From contig JAKMXF010000354.1 in assembly GCA_024704765.1 (NCBI GenBank), positions 729,690 to 793,689 on the forward strand: 64,000 bases of DNA. The letters are read 5' to 3'. Source of the stretch: Oopsacas minuta. Its lineage: Eukaryota; Animalia; Porifera. The notes under the pieces were generated by a model, which was not told the origin of the DNA, searched no databases, and was given only the letters and a program-made list of their open reading frames with translations. Below are positions 45,208 to 57,456 of this stretch, piece after piece (within the stretch, counting starts at the first letter, position 1; each line of letters opens with the position of its first letter). Position numbers and translations under genes: made by a program.

Positions 45208-46662
45208 ATGGAAAGGACAAGGATCACGGATAGGCTAGATAATTCAGTGCCTAGATGCAAGAACAATTGTGGGTTTGCAGGTAACGCGAATTGGTCAGGT
45301 TATTGCTCAATGTGCTATAAGAATAAATTTGGGAGTCTAGATGTACCTGCTCACAATACTAAGCAACCTACAAATATTAAACCTATAAAAGAAAGCCGTA
45401 AATCTATGAAATCATCAAAATCCCTTACTTTATCTGCAACAGACAAGCCCCAGACTAAAAAGCCCGAAGAAGGGAAGAGTAAAATAGGCCTGAAGTTACC
45501 TAGAACTAAAATAACAATGAACTCTCCACACAAGCAATCTGCTACTACAGAAGTAAAGACAGATAGACAGAATAGCTTAGCGTCTCTAGAGAGGGTAAAT
45601 ATTCCATTCCAGGAGGTTACAGCTGAACTCAATGATCTGCTCAGTAGTGTTAAGCGTTCTCAAGCACAAGACATTGTAGACTCTACGAAAGCCTTTATGA
45701 CTCAGTTTCAATCTCCAGATTGTGCAGTGCATCCTGAGGAGACAGTAAAGAAGATACAGAACTATTTCCTAGCTATGTCATACAGTCTATACAATACTGA
45801 TACTTATAAGAGCCTGTCCGTTAACACCAAGGATTCTCTATTCTTAGCTCTTGAGAATTACGTCATCACCCATGTGTACAAGTCTATTTTCTGCCTCCCG
45901 TCTACTGACGATGAATTCTTAGACAGTTCTCTGAGAAGGCAAATGCTGTGTCTGAGCTGGATTACTACTGAGAACATAGACTGTCATCTACAGCTTGATA
46001 AGACAGAAGTTAAACATGCAGTACAGCTGTGTAAAGAAGAGATATGGTCACTAGACAAGAGATATACACCCAGACAGAAGCTATCCTCTATTGTCAGTCT
46101 ATCTAAACATATTAATAATGCTCTACACTGTTCCCAGGGACATGCTGCTTCTGCTGATGATTTTCTACCTGCACTCATATTTATACTAATTCAGTCAGCT
46201 CCTCCCTTCCTAGCTTCAAATGTACGATTCATCGAGAGGTTTGCTCCAGCAGATCTTGTTAACTCTGGAGAGTCTGCCTACTACTTTACTAACTTCTTAG
46301 GAGCTGTTAACTTCCTTGAGAATGTTAGCTGTGACCAATTAAAACACGTTACTCCTGAGCTATTCGATGAGATGGCAGTAGAGTGCATGCGTAAAGAGGT
46401 GGGGTTTGAAGATCTAGGACAGGGGGAGATACAAGGACATTGGGACATAATCAATGAGATAGGATCTGCTATAATCAGTCTGGAGCATTTCAACCAGAAA
46501 CAAACTCAATTATTTAAAACAGCTTTTGAGTTGAAAGAAGAAATACAAGCATTTCGCCTAGGAATCGAGTCTCAAGTAAGCTCTATTATCGAACAACCGT
46601 TAGTGACATCATTACGTAGGGAGATGACGTCACACACACCAGTAGCTGTCACTACCCTGTAA
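45208..46662 (+). CDS. RABGEF1: Rab5 GDP/GTP exchange factor Rabex-5 (A20 zinc finger + VPS9)
   Basis: CKNNCGFAGNANWSGYCSMC; VPS9 motifs ASADDFLPALIFILIQSAPP and GESAYYFTN. Confidence 0.9.
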   Translation: MERTRITDRLDNSVPRCKNNCGFAGNANWSGYCSMCYKNKFGSLDVPAHNTKQPTNIKPIKESRKSMKSSKSLTLSATDKPQTKKPEEGKSKIGLKLPRTKITMNSPHKQSATTEVKTDRQNSLASLERVNIPFQEVTAELNDLLSSVKRSQAQDIVDSTKAFMTQFQSPDCAVHPEETVKKIQNYFLAMSYSLYNTDTYKSLSVNTKDSLFLALENYVITHVYKSIFCLPSTDDEFLDSSLRRQMLCLSWITTENIDCHLQLDKTEVKHAVQLCKEEIWSLDKRYTPRQKLSSIVSLSKHINNALHCSQGHAASADDFLPALIFILIQSAPPFLASNVRFIERFAPADLVNSGESAYYFTNFLGAVNFLENVSCDQLKHVTPELFDEMAVECMRKEVGFEDLGQGEIQGHWDIINEIGSAIISLEHFNQKQTQLFKTAFELKEEIQAFRLGIESQVSSIIEQPLVTSLRREMTSHTPVAVTTL

Positions 46663-46794
46663 CCATGGATCAAAATTGCTTTGTATACATATTGTAAATT
46701 ATGTCTGTCAGGTGCATAGCATAATGTTACGTAATTTCTTATAAATAACTTAGACTCGGTAAGTTTTGTAATTCTTATAAATGCTGAGTTAGTA

Positions 46795-48606
46795 ATGAGT
46801 CTCCTGCTGTTAAGAACTCTTCCTCTAACCTCTCTCCGCGGATTACGTGCTTTCTCAGCTGGTAACACGAAACTCTTCATTAACGGAGAGTTCGTAGAGT
46901 CACGTACTGACAAGTGGATTAATGTACATAATCCTGCCACTAATGAAGTTATTACTCGTGTGCCATGTGCCACTCAGGATGAGATGAAAGCTGCGGTGGA
47001 TTCAGCTCAATCATCGTTCGCATCATGGTCAGAACAATCAGTACTCTCTCGACAGAGAGTAATGTTTAGACTACAAGAGCTTATACGTGAAAATCAAGGT
47101 AAGATAGCTAAGCTAATTACTGAGGAACAAGGTAAGACTATACCAGATGCAGAGGGAGATGTGTTGAGGGGTCTACAGGTAGTAGAACATGCATGTAGCA
47201 TAACCTCTCTACAGCAAGGAGACACTCTACCATCTCTTAGTAAAGACATGGACTGCTATACTTATCGTGTACCTATTGGAGTGTGTGCGGGTATCACTCC
47301 ATTCAATTTCCCTGCTATGATACCACTGTGGATGTTTCCAGTAGCAATTGTGTGTGGTAATACTTATGTATTGAAACCATCAGAGAGAGATCCAGGTAAG
47401 TGATTGCTGGATTATGAACGAGAATATTACAGTAGATGTCGGCTATAAGAACCCCCTTGGGAGTAACAATACATGCTCTTACAACCTACATAAATATAAG
47501 GAATACATGAGAACCGTTTTCCAGAGGATGGTGCTTATATCTGGCATGTTCTTATAACTGGTATCTACTGGAATTTAATTATAATATATTGTAGGTGCTT
47601 CCATGTTCCTGGCAGAACTAGCCAGACAGGCTGGAGTCCCAGCTGGTGTGCTAAATATTATCCACGGGTCAGTAGATGCTGTTAACTTTATTTGTGATGA
47701 ACCAAGGATAAGAGCTATCTCATTTGTGGGATCAGATACAGCTGGTACTCACATCTATAAGAGAGGCGGGTAGTCTATGTTAATATACTAATGAGTATGA
47801 TTCTAATATGTATTGCAGGTTCTCAGAATGGAAAGAGAGTACAGGCTAATATGGGAGCTAAGAACCATGGAGTTGTTATGCCAGATGCTAACAAGGAGAA
47901 TAGTTTGAATCAGCTGGTAGGTGCGGCATTTGGAGCTGCAGGACAGAGATGCATGGCTCTGTCTGTTGCTTTATTCGTGGGAGAGTCTAAGGATTGGATC
48001 CCTGATCTGATTGAGCGAGCTAAGAAATTGAAAATTAATGCTGGAGACCAGCCAGGTACTGACTTAGGACCTGTGATTAGTCCAGCTGCGAAACAGAGGA
48101 TCGTTAATCTAGTAACGAGTGGAGAGAAGGAAGGAGCTCAGGTTATTCTGGATGGCAGAGATGTCAAGGTGTCAGGATTCGAGAAAGGGAATTTCGTTGG
48201 ACCAACAGTAGTAACTGGAGTAAAGCCGAATATGACTTGTTACCGTGAGGAGATATTCGGACCTGTTCTACTCACAATGAATGTTGATACATTAGAGGAG
48301 GCATTGGAAGTAATTAATCAGAACAGATACGGGAATGGAACAGCTATATTCACTTCTAATGGAGCTACAGCAAGGAAATTCCAGAATGAAGTTGATGTAG
48401 GACAAGTGGGGGTGAATGTACCCATACCAGTTCCCCTGCCCATGTTCTCCTTCACAGGATCTCGCGGCTCTTTCCTAGGAGATTCTAATTTCTATGGACG
48501 AAAGGGTATTGACTTTTTTACCCAAACCAAAACGATTACTAGTCTCTGGAAGGAAGAAGATGTCACCCACCAGAAACCAGCTGTCGCGATGCCAACCATG
48601 AAATAA
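46795..48606 (+). CDS. ALDH6A1: Methylmalonate-semialdehyde dehydrogenase; exons 46795-47395, 47595-47765, 47819-48606
   Basis: [17 protein letters not shown]; LKPSERDPG; [12 protein letters not shown]; [13 protein letters not shown]; EEIFGPV; [22 protein letters not shown]. Intron 2 needs a GC donor. Confidence 0.95.
47430..47570. mobile_element. Tc1/pogo-like MITE in ALDH6A1 intron 1 (141 bp)
   Basis: Imperfect 23-bp TIRs CAGTAGATGTCGGCTATAAGAAC / GTTCTTATAACTGGTATCTACTG; TA on the left flank, right flank degenerate. Confidence 0.7.
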
Positions 48607-49810
48607 TTGTATTATCTCATAATTTTAGTATAATTAGATTTGTCAGACTGTATTACTCACTATGTTAGTATTCTGACTTATTTATTTGCTATAGAATTGT
48701 CGAATTAAAGATTTAGGTTAATTACTCGTATTTATACATACGTATACACTAAGTATATCCCAAGATAATGTCAAAAATAGAGGAAAGCTGTGATAATGGA
48801 TATCAACATTGATAAAATCATTACTAATCAACAGAATTGATGGTGTAGAATCTATTAGTATTAATTAATTTTAATTTTCCAAATAATGACATATCTTGTG
48901 TGCCTCAATTGGATAGGTTCATGATCACCGCGGAGATATGATCAATGGATGCTGGATAGGTGTATCGAGTGGATTTGAAATCTGGGGTACTGTAAGGCTT
49001 CGAATGGTTCTCAAAAGCTTAGAGCAATTTGTTTAGTTGGTCTAGGTTATATAATCTTCTTGTTTATGCAAACTCCTTCCTCCATTCCTAAAGAACATGA
49101 TGTATATAATCTATAGCCCTGAGATCGATTCTCTAACTTCCTCTGTTATACATTGTTGGGGTGGACATATCTTCCAACCAGGCAACCATTAATAATGTCT
49201 AATATTTAGCATGACCTGATGGTAATATAGCGAATTGAATCAAAACACATATTGTAATAAGAGTAGGGTATTTTGTACTCATCTACTAGCTGCCTATCTC
49301 AATAGCTGAAAACTGATAATCACTAGTTAATTATTGTATTATCTATAATCAGTAAGATATCTAATTCCCTTCATTCACATCCAATTCATAATTTAGACTC
49401 AGCAACCATTGTTTAAGATTCATGCTAGAGTCAGAACTTATAATCTGTATCAAAATATCTGATTGTACATCCGTATCTGATATATGCTGAATGATATTGT
49501 ACGTATCTAACCCTATCAATTTCCTATAATTTTTATTGAAATGAAACTTGTTCGGCTAGGATTCATCTACTCGGTTGTATCTTCAACTCAAAATATCGTT
49601 TTTTTGATGGACTTGAAAAAATTGGCACAGATATAATATATTGATCATTACATCTAATCTTATGGTTGCTCTGTGTGCCAAATTTGTCCAAACCCTTGAA
49701 TTACTGTTTAGGTCCCTCTGTCCCCTACAGCAACAAGTAGATGAGATAGAATCTGCTGGTCCATAACTTATTTTACATGTATAACCAGAATTTGTCCGAA
49801 TATGTAGATA

Positions 49811-49939
49811 CAGTGGAGCCTCCATAATCCGACACTAGTCAGGACATGAAAATTGTCGCCTACGTATAATACAGGTGAATATATATTATCAGAAGCTAAT
49901 TCAGATCAGAAACAGTGTTGGATTATAGAGGACTCCCTG
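49811..49939. mobile_element. Degenerate Tigger/pogo-like MITE upstream of SETD1
   Basis: TA|CAGTGGAGCCTCCATAATCCGACACT ... AGTGTTGGATTATAGAGGACTCCCTG, imperfect inverted termini of about 26 bp. Confidence 0.6.
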
Positions 49940-50056
49940 AGCGTACAGGTGTATGATTATGCAGGTTGCACTTTAGATCTTTTGTATCTGTGCGATGATA
50001 ACTGTGTTTTACATTGACTTGTTAGCACAGATTCCCTCAGCTATCTACGTTATGCG

Positions 50057-53000
50057 ATGAGTGACCATCACAGCCACAGGCATCGTTCTGGTTCTCATCG
50101 CAGTCGGGAAGGGAGCCACTCATCTCACTCAAATGGGGGAGGAGTTCCAATTCCACCTAGACCTAGACGAAATTATAAACTCATTTCTGATCCATCAATA
50201 GACCTCAGCTCTTCAGAGAAGTGTTATAGATTCGAAGGTGCAGTAGCAGGACACAGTCCAATCGGGGACCCAGTCGACCCCAGAGCTAGAGGAGGTCGAT
50301 TTGTCCTGGGAGCTAAAGAGTTCCCTGTCCCTCGATTCGTGTACGATGAGTTCTCGATAGGAGACCCGCCTCAGAGGGATGTATTTATCTCTGGTATAAA
50401 TGACAACCTGAGAGAGGATGATCTTACCAAATTGTGTCAGAAAATGGGTGAAGTACACTCAGTACAAGTGTACTACCATCCTGAAAGGAAAGCACATCTA
50501 GGAGGAGCTACTGTATCATTTCTGAAGACTACAGGAGCTATGAAAGCTCTGAAAGATCTCAATGGGAAGAAAATGATGGGACAATATCTGCAGGTCTGTT
50601 ATCTTGACCACAAAAATAATTTTAAAACTCTGAATATTCGTTATTGATTGCAGAGTATGTAACTAGTACTGTTGTGGTTGTGCTATAATGTAATTTTAAT
50701 TGACGAACAGAAGTGACAATATCTTATATCCATGTTATCTTGTAGGTACAAATAGATGACAATGGAGAGATTGCTTCAGACTACAAGAAGAGCAAGTTAT
50801 CCACACAACCTACTTTATGCACTACACAATCCGGACAGCCACGTCCTAGTGATCCCCGATCTGTACTTGCTCCTAAATCTAACTCTACTTCTCAACCTCC
50901 CCTCACTCCACAACCTATAAATACTCCTACTTCTATCTTCCCTCCAGCAGAACTACTAGCCCTGATGCAGGCTAGTCTCTCTCCCTTTATCCCTCTACTA
51001 ACCTCTGCTGCTGTACCACAAGTTCCAGAGGGTATAACAGATCCAAACAGCTTAGAAGCTAGACTAGAGAAGCTGAAGGTACAAGGTATGTTCCCTATTC
51101 CCCCTAACCTATCTCCCCCTCCCCCTCCTCCTCCAACAATCCTACCAACTACTCTCCTATCATCTGACGCTACGTTCCGTATGCTTAATCCCCCTCCTCC
51201 TCCACCGGTAGCTTCACCTCCTGAACCTCCTCCTCTCCCCAAGCAGAAGAAAAAGTCTCCTTCTTCTGATTCAAAACATAATTCTACTCAGAGAGAACGA
51301 TCTAGCAAGATTTCTTCTAAGACAAATCATTGTACACACTCTCCTCCTCAGAGACAGCATCACAGTAGAGACAGAGATAGAGTGAGGAACAGGGACAGGG
51401 AGAGAGATAGGGGGAGAGTTAGAGCGAAGAGTAGAGAACGTGATAGAGGTAGGTACAGATCTCGTGAGAGAGAGAGACACTATAATATGGATAGGACTCG
51501 TGAAGAGAAGGATAGACACAGGAGAGTCAGCAAGAGTCCAACACACAGACACTCCTCCAAGAGATCACATGGGTACCCTCCAATGAGTCATGCCTCCTTC
51601 AACCATCGACACTCCCCTCCTACCTCCCATGCTTCAATTTCAGCTCCCAGCCACAAGAAGTCCCATCATTCACGTTATCACTCTTCCAAACACTCCACCC
51701 CCTCTAAACACGATATATCTTACCAAGCTATATCAGACATATCTTCTGATGAGGGGAATAAACACACTTCAGTACACAATACTTCAAACAAGGAGCAGAA
51801 CACGTCTCTCCCAACAGCTGGGGAGGAGGATATGGAATTAGACCCAGATGTGAGTGAGACTGCACCTGTTATTGAACTGTTTCAACCTCAACAGAAGCAG
51901 GAAGATCAGTCCAAGCTCTTACAACAAGTGAAACAGGTAATACGTAATACAACACATTTTTTGTATCCATGGTATTTTACACATGTTTTTAGGTTCCTCA
52001 GAATGTAGTGTTACAACTCTGCTTGCAATCTCTCCTCACAGCTTTCAGTAACACACAACAAGCACAGAACAACTCTCTACCTGTCCTCCCTACACAGAGC
52101 TCTTCCTCTCCTGTTGTATCACCTTGTCCCTCCCCCTCTTGTCAGAATTTGAATCCAACAGAGATCGCAGAATTGTTACAACGACCCATTCCTCCAGGTT
52201 CTGTCTCCTTACCGGTATTGTCTGGAGTGAGTAAGAGGAGACAACTGAATCTTATTTGTCCTGCACCAGAGACCCATGCTGATAACCTAATGAATAATGT
52301 GCTATACCGTCTCCAGCAAGAACTACGGTCTGTACTATGCAGAGACATAACCAGGCGATTAATAGAGCAGACAGCTTATAAGAGCTTTGAGAAGCATTGG
52401 GAGCTTCCAGACACTAGATTTGATATATACGGACCTCAAGCAAGGAAAGGAGGATCGAGTTCTGGGCCAAAGAGCCAGGAATTACCTAGTCCCCTCAAAA
52501 ATGATGGAAGTAACAACAAACACAGGAGTCTAGCTGGTACACAGTCTCCAGTAAGAGCGCAACCTCCTGCTAGATATAAGATACCATTACTAGCAGGACT
52601 CAAACAACAGAGAAGGAGTCTTAGTAATATGAATAGGATGCGTAGATCTGAAAATCGTAGCGGTATGTCTAGGCAGAGGGGCGGGAGAGTAAGAGATGAA
52701 GAGAGGAAAGACAGAGAGCACAGGAGAAGAGACAGACATAGGAGTGTATCGAGTAATGATTCTCCTGATAGAAAGAAGGACAGATATACCAAACCAATAA
52801 AACGAGTAATATCCTCATCTTCAGATGCAGACAGGAGTGAGCTACACACTGAATCAGCTACAAACAAACTAGACACTTCATTCACAGCTAAATCTTCATC
52901 ATCATCAAGTAGCAGCAGTAGTAGCAGTTCATCTTCCAGTAGTTCTGACTACTCTTCTCAGTCTGAATCAGAGCAAGAAGTGTATAGCAAACCAGCATCA

Positions 53001-54317
53001 TCTCCACCTGTAGTGAATACAGATACATCCCTGGTTGCTAATGGGAATAATCTATTGTTGGAAAACCTTATAGACAATCAGAGGGAGATTGAGGAAGGAA
53101 CAGGAGAGAAAGGAGAGTCCCTCTTGATTCCCTTGACACCTGACTTAACACCATCTACACACCTTCCTTCTACACAGAAGAGCACTTCTCCTCATGAAGA
53201 CTCAGATTCTGATACTTACAGTCCTCCTCCTCCTATCAAAGTAGATGCAGCATACTCCTGGAATCTGAATGGGAAGGAAACAGGACCAACATGGTTATCT
53301 GCTAATGACCCAGCTTCCTGGAGTAAGGATCCCTCCTTCCTCAAGAAATACGCCCCAGCCCTCAAGAGACAGCAACAAGCTCAGTCCAGACGTTTCCCTA
53401 GGAGACCCCCGTGGGAACAGGAGCGAGTGAGAGATAGGTTCTTGGAGGAGGGAGGATTTGATGAAGAAGATACTAGAATGATGCAGTTCGCGTATGTACG
53501 ATTGAAATCTGAGAATTATATTCTACTCAAGAATGTGAACTATGCATACCACCCATTGAAGCCTGAGATTACTCTCCCAGCCCTTACACTCAAGGAACAG
53601 GTCCCTCTGATCAAACGTAAGAGGAACCACAAGCAGATACCGCCTCAAATAGCTATAAGGGAGCATCAAACAGGGTCAGTTAGGACAGAGGGGATGTATC
53701 GATTGACCCTTGAGGAGAAATTGATACAGAGAGGACAGCTGGGTAACACAGAGCGTCTCAGGGGATGGAAAGAGAATTTTGACGTCATACAAACCTCCAG
53801 GGATTCTAGAGCAACTCAGAGACGATTGGCAACTGAACTAGGTTGGGCGGATATAAATAGCGATTTCGCGAAAAACCTTCTTAGAACTCGAAAGAAAATG
53901 CTCTGTTTCGCTAAGTCTACTATCCATAACTGGGGTCTATTCACTCTCGAACCTATTGCAGTAGATGAACTGGTGATAGAGTACATAGGAGAGTGTATAC
54001 GATCTTCTATCGGTGACGTCAGGGAAAGAAGATATCAAGAAGTAGGGATAGGATGTTCTTACATGTTCCGTGTAGACTCTGACTATATCATCGACGCGAC
54101 AAAGAAAGGAAATTTAGCACGATTTATCAACCATAGTTGTGATCCGAACTGTTATGCAAAGATTATCCCAGTCGGTACAGAGAAGAGGATCGCTATATAC
54201 TCGAAACGAGATATTGAAGTGAATGAAGAAATAACATATGATTACAAATTCCCACTAGAAGATGAGAAAATACCTTGTTACTGTGGAGCAGCTACTTGTC
54301 GTGGGACTTTAAATTGA
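50057..54317 (+). CDS. SETD1: H3K4 methyltransferase Set1/SETD1; exons 50057-50593, 50746-51936, 51993-54317
   Basis: RNYKLISDP + RRM; N-SET/WIN region EHQTGSVRTEG; SET FAKSTIHNWGLF...GNLARFINHSCDPNCYAK...EEITYDYKF; post-SET CYCGAATCRGTLN. Confidence 0.95.
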
Positions 54318-54906
54318 AAATATGGATCAGTCCATTCAAATTATATTCAAACTGCAGGGCCGGGCAACCACGAGGTCCGAGCCAACTCAAGAAGTATTTT
54401 AAAATTCACAAGTTATCCGATTATACAACTATATGTAATGCCAGTATATTGTATGTTTGGTGGTTCAAATGATTTTAGCTCATTAAACTCACGCTTCATA
54501 TTATCGTATACCTTCAGACTAAATACGGTCAATTGGGATTCAGATAGAGCTCCGATAGATCTAGTATTAGAACTATTGGAGTAATTTGCACAGACAGATC
54601 CGCCGCATAAATTAGCTCTATGGATTCGGCGCGGGTAAGGGTTTCAATACGAGTTATAAATGAAAGTAAAAACATGTCAATCGAAAAAGAAGTTTTGCCA
54701 CGGCGGGGAAATATCAAAACTGATAAGGCAAAATTGATAAATTCTTAAAGAAATTATCAATATCATCACAATGATGTATCTGTAGATATATCATGCAATA
54801 TACCATGAATTACTAAGGACTGGGTTTAATCTTATCAGGTAGTGTGTGCTAATATATATCTATCAGTTTGATGTATGCTATGATTACGTAGTGACGAGCT
54901 ACACTG

Positions 54907-55593
54907 ATGGACTCATGTAGTGAGGATAGCATGGATGGATTCATGCAGCTGAGAAGCAGCATAAAGGCTGCTAAGCTATACCTGACTAGAGGTAAGGACA
55001 ATAAACAGAATGAAGTTAGAGTAGGGATAGAGTACCAAGCAGTTATACCTCCTTATAAGGATGTGTCATACACGACACAACAGGATAACTCTGTTCTATT
55101 GTGGATACCTAACCAATCAGATGAGGATATGTTACGTGATTACCTCTACAAGGCTTGTCTGGTGTTGGGGGATTGTGGCAGAGATGTATTACCGTTAGGC
55201 AAACAGTGTAGAGATGATGAATTGGCATTATACTATCTGTATAAGACAGGACATAAAATTGTTAAGACTCTGAAGGAAATACGTAATCTGTATCAAAAAG
55301 AAGGATTGGAATTACATTCAAATTTCAGACAGGTAGAGTCTTGGAGCTTAGAAGATTGCGAAAAGTTTGAAACAGGACTGAGGAAGCATTGGAAGAATTT
55401 CTATGAAATACAAAAGGAAATGCTACCTCATAGGAAACTAATGGAAATAGTTGAGTTCTATTATTTCTGGAAGAAAAGTGAAAGATTCGAGAACTTCCTT
55501 CAACATAATAGAAAGAAGAAAGTTACTGGTACTGGTTCACAGGGAACCGAGCAGGGGGAGGAGTTTGATACAGGTGTAGATAAAACTTCTTAG
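54907..55593 (+). CDS. MIER1: ELM2-SANT protein of the MIER family
   Basis: VRVGIEYQAVIP (ELM2); DDELALYYL; WSLEDCEKFETGL...EIVEFYYFWKKSERF (SANT). The paralog cannot be resolved. Confidence 0.75.
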   Translation: MDSCSEDSMDGFMQLRSSIKAAKLYLTRGKDNKQNEVRVGIEYQAVIPPYKDVSYTTQQDNSVLLWIPNQSDEDMLRDYLYKACLVLGDCGRDVLPLGKQCRDDELALYYLYKTGHKIVKTLKEIRNLYQKEGLELHSNFRQVESWSLEDCEKFETGLRKHWKNFYEIQKEMLPHRKLMEIVEFYYFWKKSERFENFLQHNRKKKVTGTGSQGTEQGEEFDTGVDKTS

Positions 55594-55616
55594 TATAACT
55601 AATTATTTCAATATTA

Positions 55617-55738
55617 CAGTGGTTCCCAACCTGGGGTCTATGGCCCCTTGGCGGTCCACGGAAGACACCAGGGGGTCCACAGAATGTGTTATAATTGGTA
55701 TAGGGAGTCTAAAAGGTGAAAAAGGTTGGGAACCGTTG
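55617..55738. mobile_element. hAT (Charlie/MER5-like) MITE (122 bp)
   Basis: TIRs CAGTGGTTCCCAACCT / AGGTTGGGAACCGTTG; 8-bp flanks CAATATTA / TCATATTA (6/8 match). Confidence 0.75.
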
Positions 55739-55798
55739 TCATATTATATAATTTAACTATGTTACATTATTTATGCATTTTAGAATTATTTAATCAAA

Positions 55799-57187
55799 AT
55801 GCATACTCCATATACAGAATACCCAAACTACCCTCCTTACTCCAGAACCAGATCTTCATACAATTTTGATAATTCACATCATTATCCTCCTCCTTGGGAT
55901 CCTCCCTCACACTCCTATCGTCCTCAACATGATCATTACAATTCTAGAAACGATGCTAGAGTATCACGCAGACACAATTCAAGGAGGGGTACACTTCACA
56001 AACGAATTAACGAATCTATAACTAATAGAGATGTAATTACTGTAGACAGTATGCAATCATCTAATAAGGATACAGGTAAAAAGAGGAAAAATGAAGAAAT
56101 AGAGAAGAAAGAAATAACAAAAAAGAAAGCTAAAATCTCTGAAGAAGAGAGATCTTCTTCTTCCGTTATTATCGTAAATTCAGAAGCAGCAAAAACGTCA
56201 ATAGATAATTATCAAGAATTGACATCTGATATAAAAGAGTTTGAGAAATTAAACTCTCCATCTCAGTTAGCAACAAACGTCAAATTAGAATATTGTAATT
56301 TCTTATCTCAACAGGTTTCTAGATCAATTTATAATCCACGATTCATTGTATTCGGATCCAGCCTAAACGGTTTCTCCACTCGCTCCAGTGACCTAGACAT
56401 AACCTTATTAATAGAAGGAGAGGAGTTGTACCAGGACCCACTCAGAAAAGTGTATAGACGTCTCCGTAAGATTACCAGTAAGATATCAAGATGTCAACTT
56501 ATTCATGCTAAGGTCCCTATCGTTATGTTTGAAGATCTTCAGTTCGGATTTGAAGTAGATATAAGCATAAATAACGACTCAGGTATCCGTAACACATTCC
56601 TATTACGTACATACTCACGTCTAGACACACGAGTTAGACCTCTTGTCATAGTTATTAAGGAATGGGCTAAGGCTAACAACGTGTGTAATTCTAAATCGGG
56701 TCTCCTATCGAGTTACGCCCTCAATTTGATGGTACTCTTCTTCCTGCAGCACAATGCTTCTCCACGAGTGCTCCCCTCGTTACAACGAATGTTCCCAGGC
56801 ATATTCAATTCATACTACACCATAGATGATATACAGAAGGTTGGTTTACAGGAAATTTGTAACTCTTGGAAATCAGAAAATACTGAATCAGTTGGTGAGC
56901 TTCTTATAAAATTTTTTGAGTTTTATTCCATGCTTGATTTCCGTGAGAAATTAATTTCTATTCGTACTGGCTCTATACATCAACGTCCTGTCTGGGATTC
57001 AGCTAGAGGATACAAGGGATACATCAATATAGAAGAGCCGTATACTCTGGATAATGCAGCTAGAAGCGTATACCTCCTTATTCGTTGTAAAGAGATTATT
57101 AGTGAGTTTAAACGGAAGCACAAACAGCTGATGAGTATAGGAAAACCTAAGAACTTGGATACTGTATTCTCCGTGACTACATATTGA
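55799..57187 (+). CDS. TENT2: GLD-2-like non-canonical poly(A) polymerase
   Basis: FGSSLNGF...SDLDI; DISINNDSGIRNTFLLRTY...RVRPLVIVIKEWAK; LSSYAL.LMVLFFLQ; IEEPYTLDNAAR. Confidence 0.85.
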   Translation: MHTPYTEYPNYPPYSRTRSSYNFDNSHHYPPPWDPPSHSYRPQHDHYNSRNDARVSRRHNSRRGTLHKRINESITNRDVITVDSMQSSNKDTGKKRKNEEIEKKEITKKKAKISEEERSSSSVIIVNSEAAKTSIDNYQELTSDIKEFEKLNSPSQLATNVKLEYCNFLSQQVSRSIYNPRFIVFGSSLNGFSTRSSDLDITLLIEGEELYQDPLRKVYRRLRKITSKISRCQLIHAKVPIVMFEDLQFGFEVDISINNDSGIRNTFLLRTYSRLDTRVRPLVIVIKEWAKANNVCNSKSGLLSSYALNLMVLFFLQHNASPRVLPSLQRMFPGIFNSYYTIDDIQKVGLQEICNSWKSENTESVGELLIKFFEFYSMLDFREKLISIRTGSIHQRPVWDSARGYKGYINIEEPYTLDNAARSVYLLIRCKEIISEFKRKHKQLMSIGKPKNLDTVFSVTTY

Positions 57188-57456
57188 AATATGCAGCAAT
57201 TTCGTTTGGAAATTTATGCTTTTTGTACCGAACTGATATTTGTACTCACGTCATTCTACAGTTCTCCATAGGTATATATACTCATATTGTTTAGTATACC
57301 AAGTATATTAAAATGGATTTATAAGACTTTGATATTATTGGTAGCTTAGTAGAATTGGTGAGTTGTTTTCTACGTCCTAATTAATTACATAACTAATATA
57401 TTAATAAACAAATTTATTCAATTACTGAGTATTAAATCCCTTATCAATACAGTATA

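Noticed and set aside
54340-54720. GC-richer patch with partial hairpins after SETD1 as a possible ncRNA or hAT end
   Set aside because: No recognisable snRNA, SRP or tRNA motifs and no matching second TIR; would need an Infernal/Rfam search.
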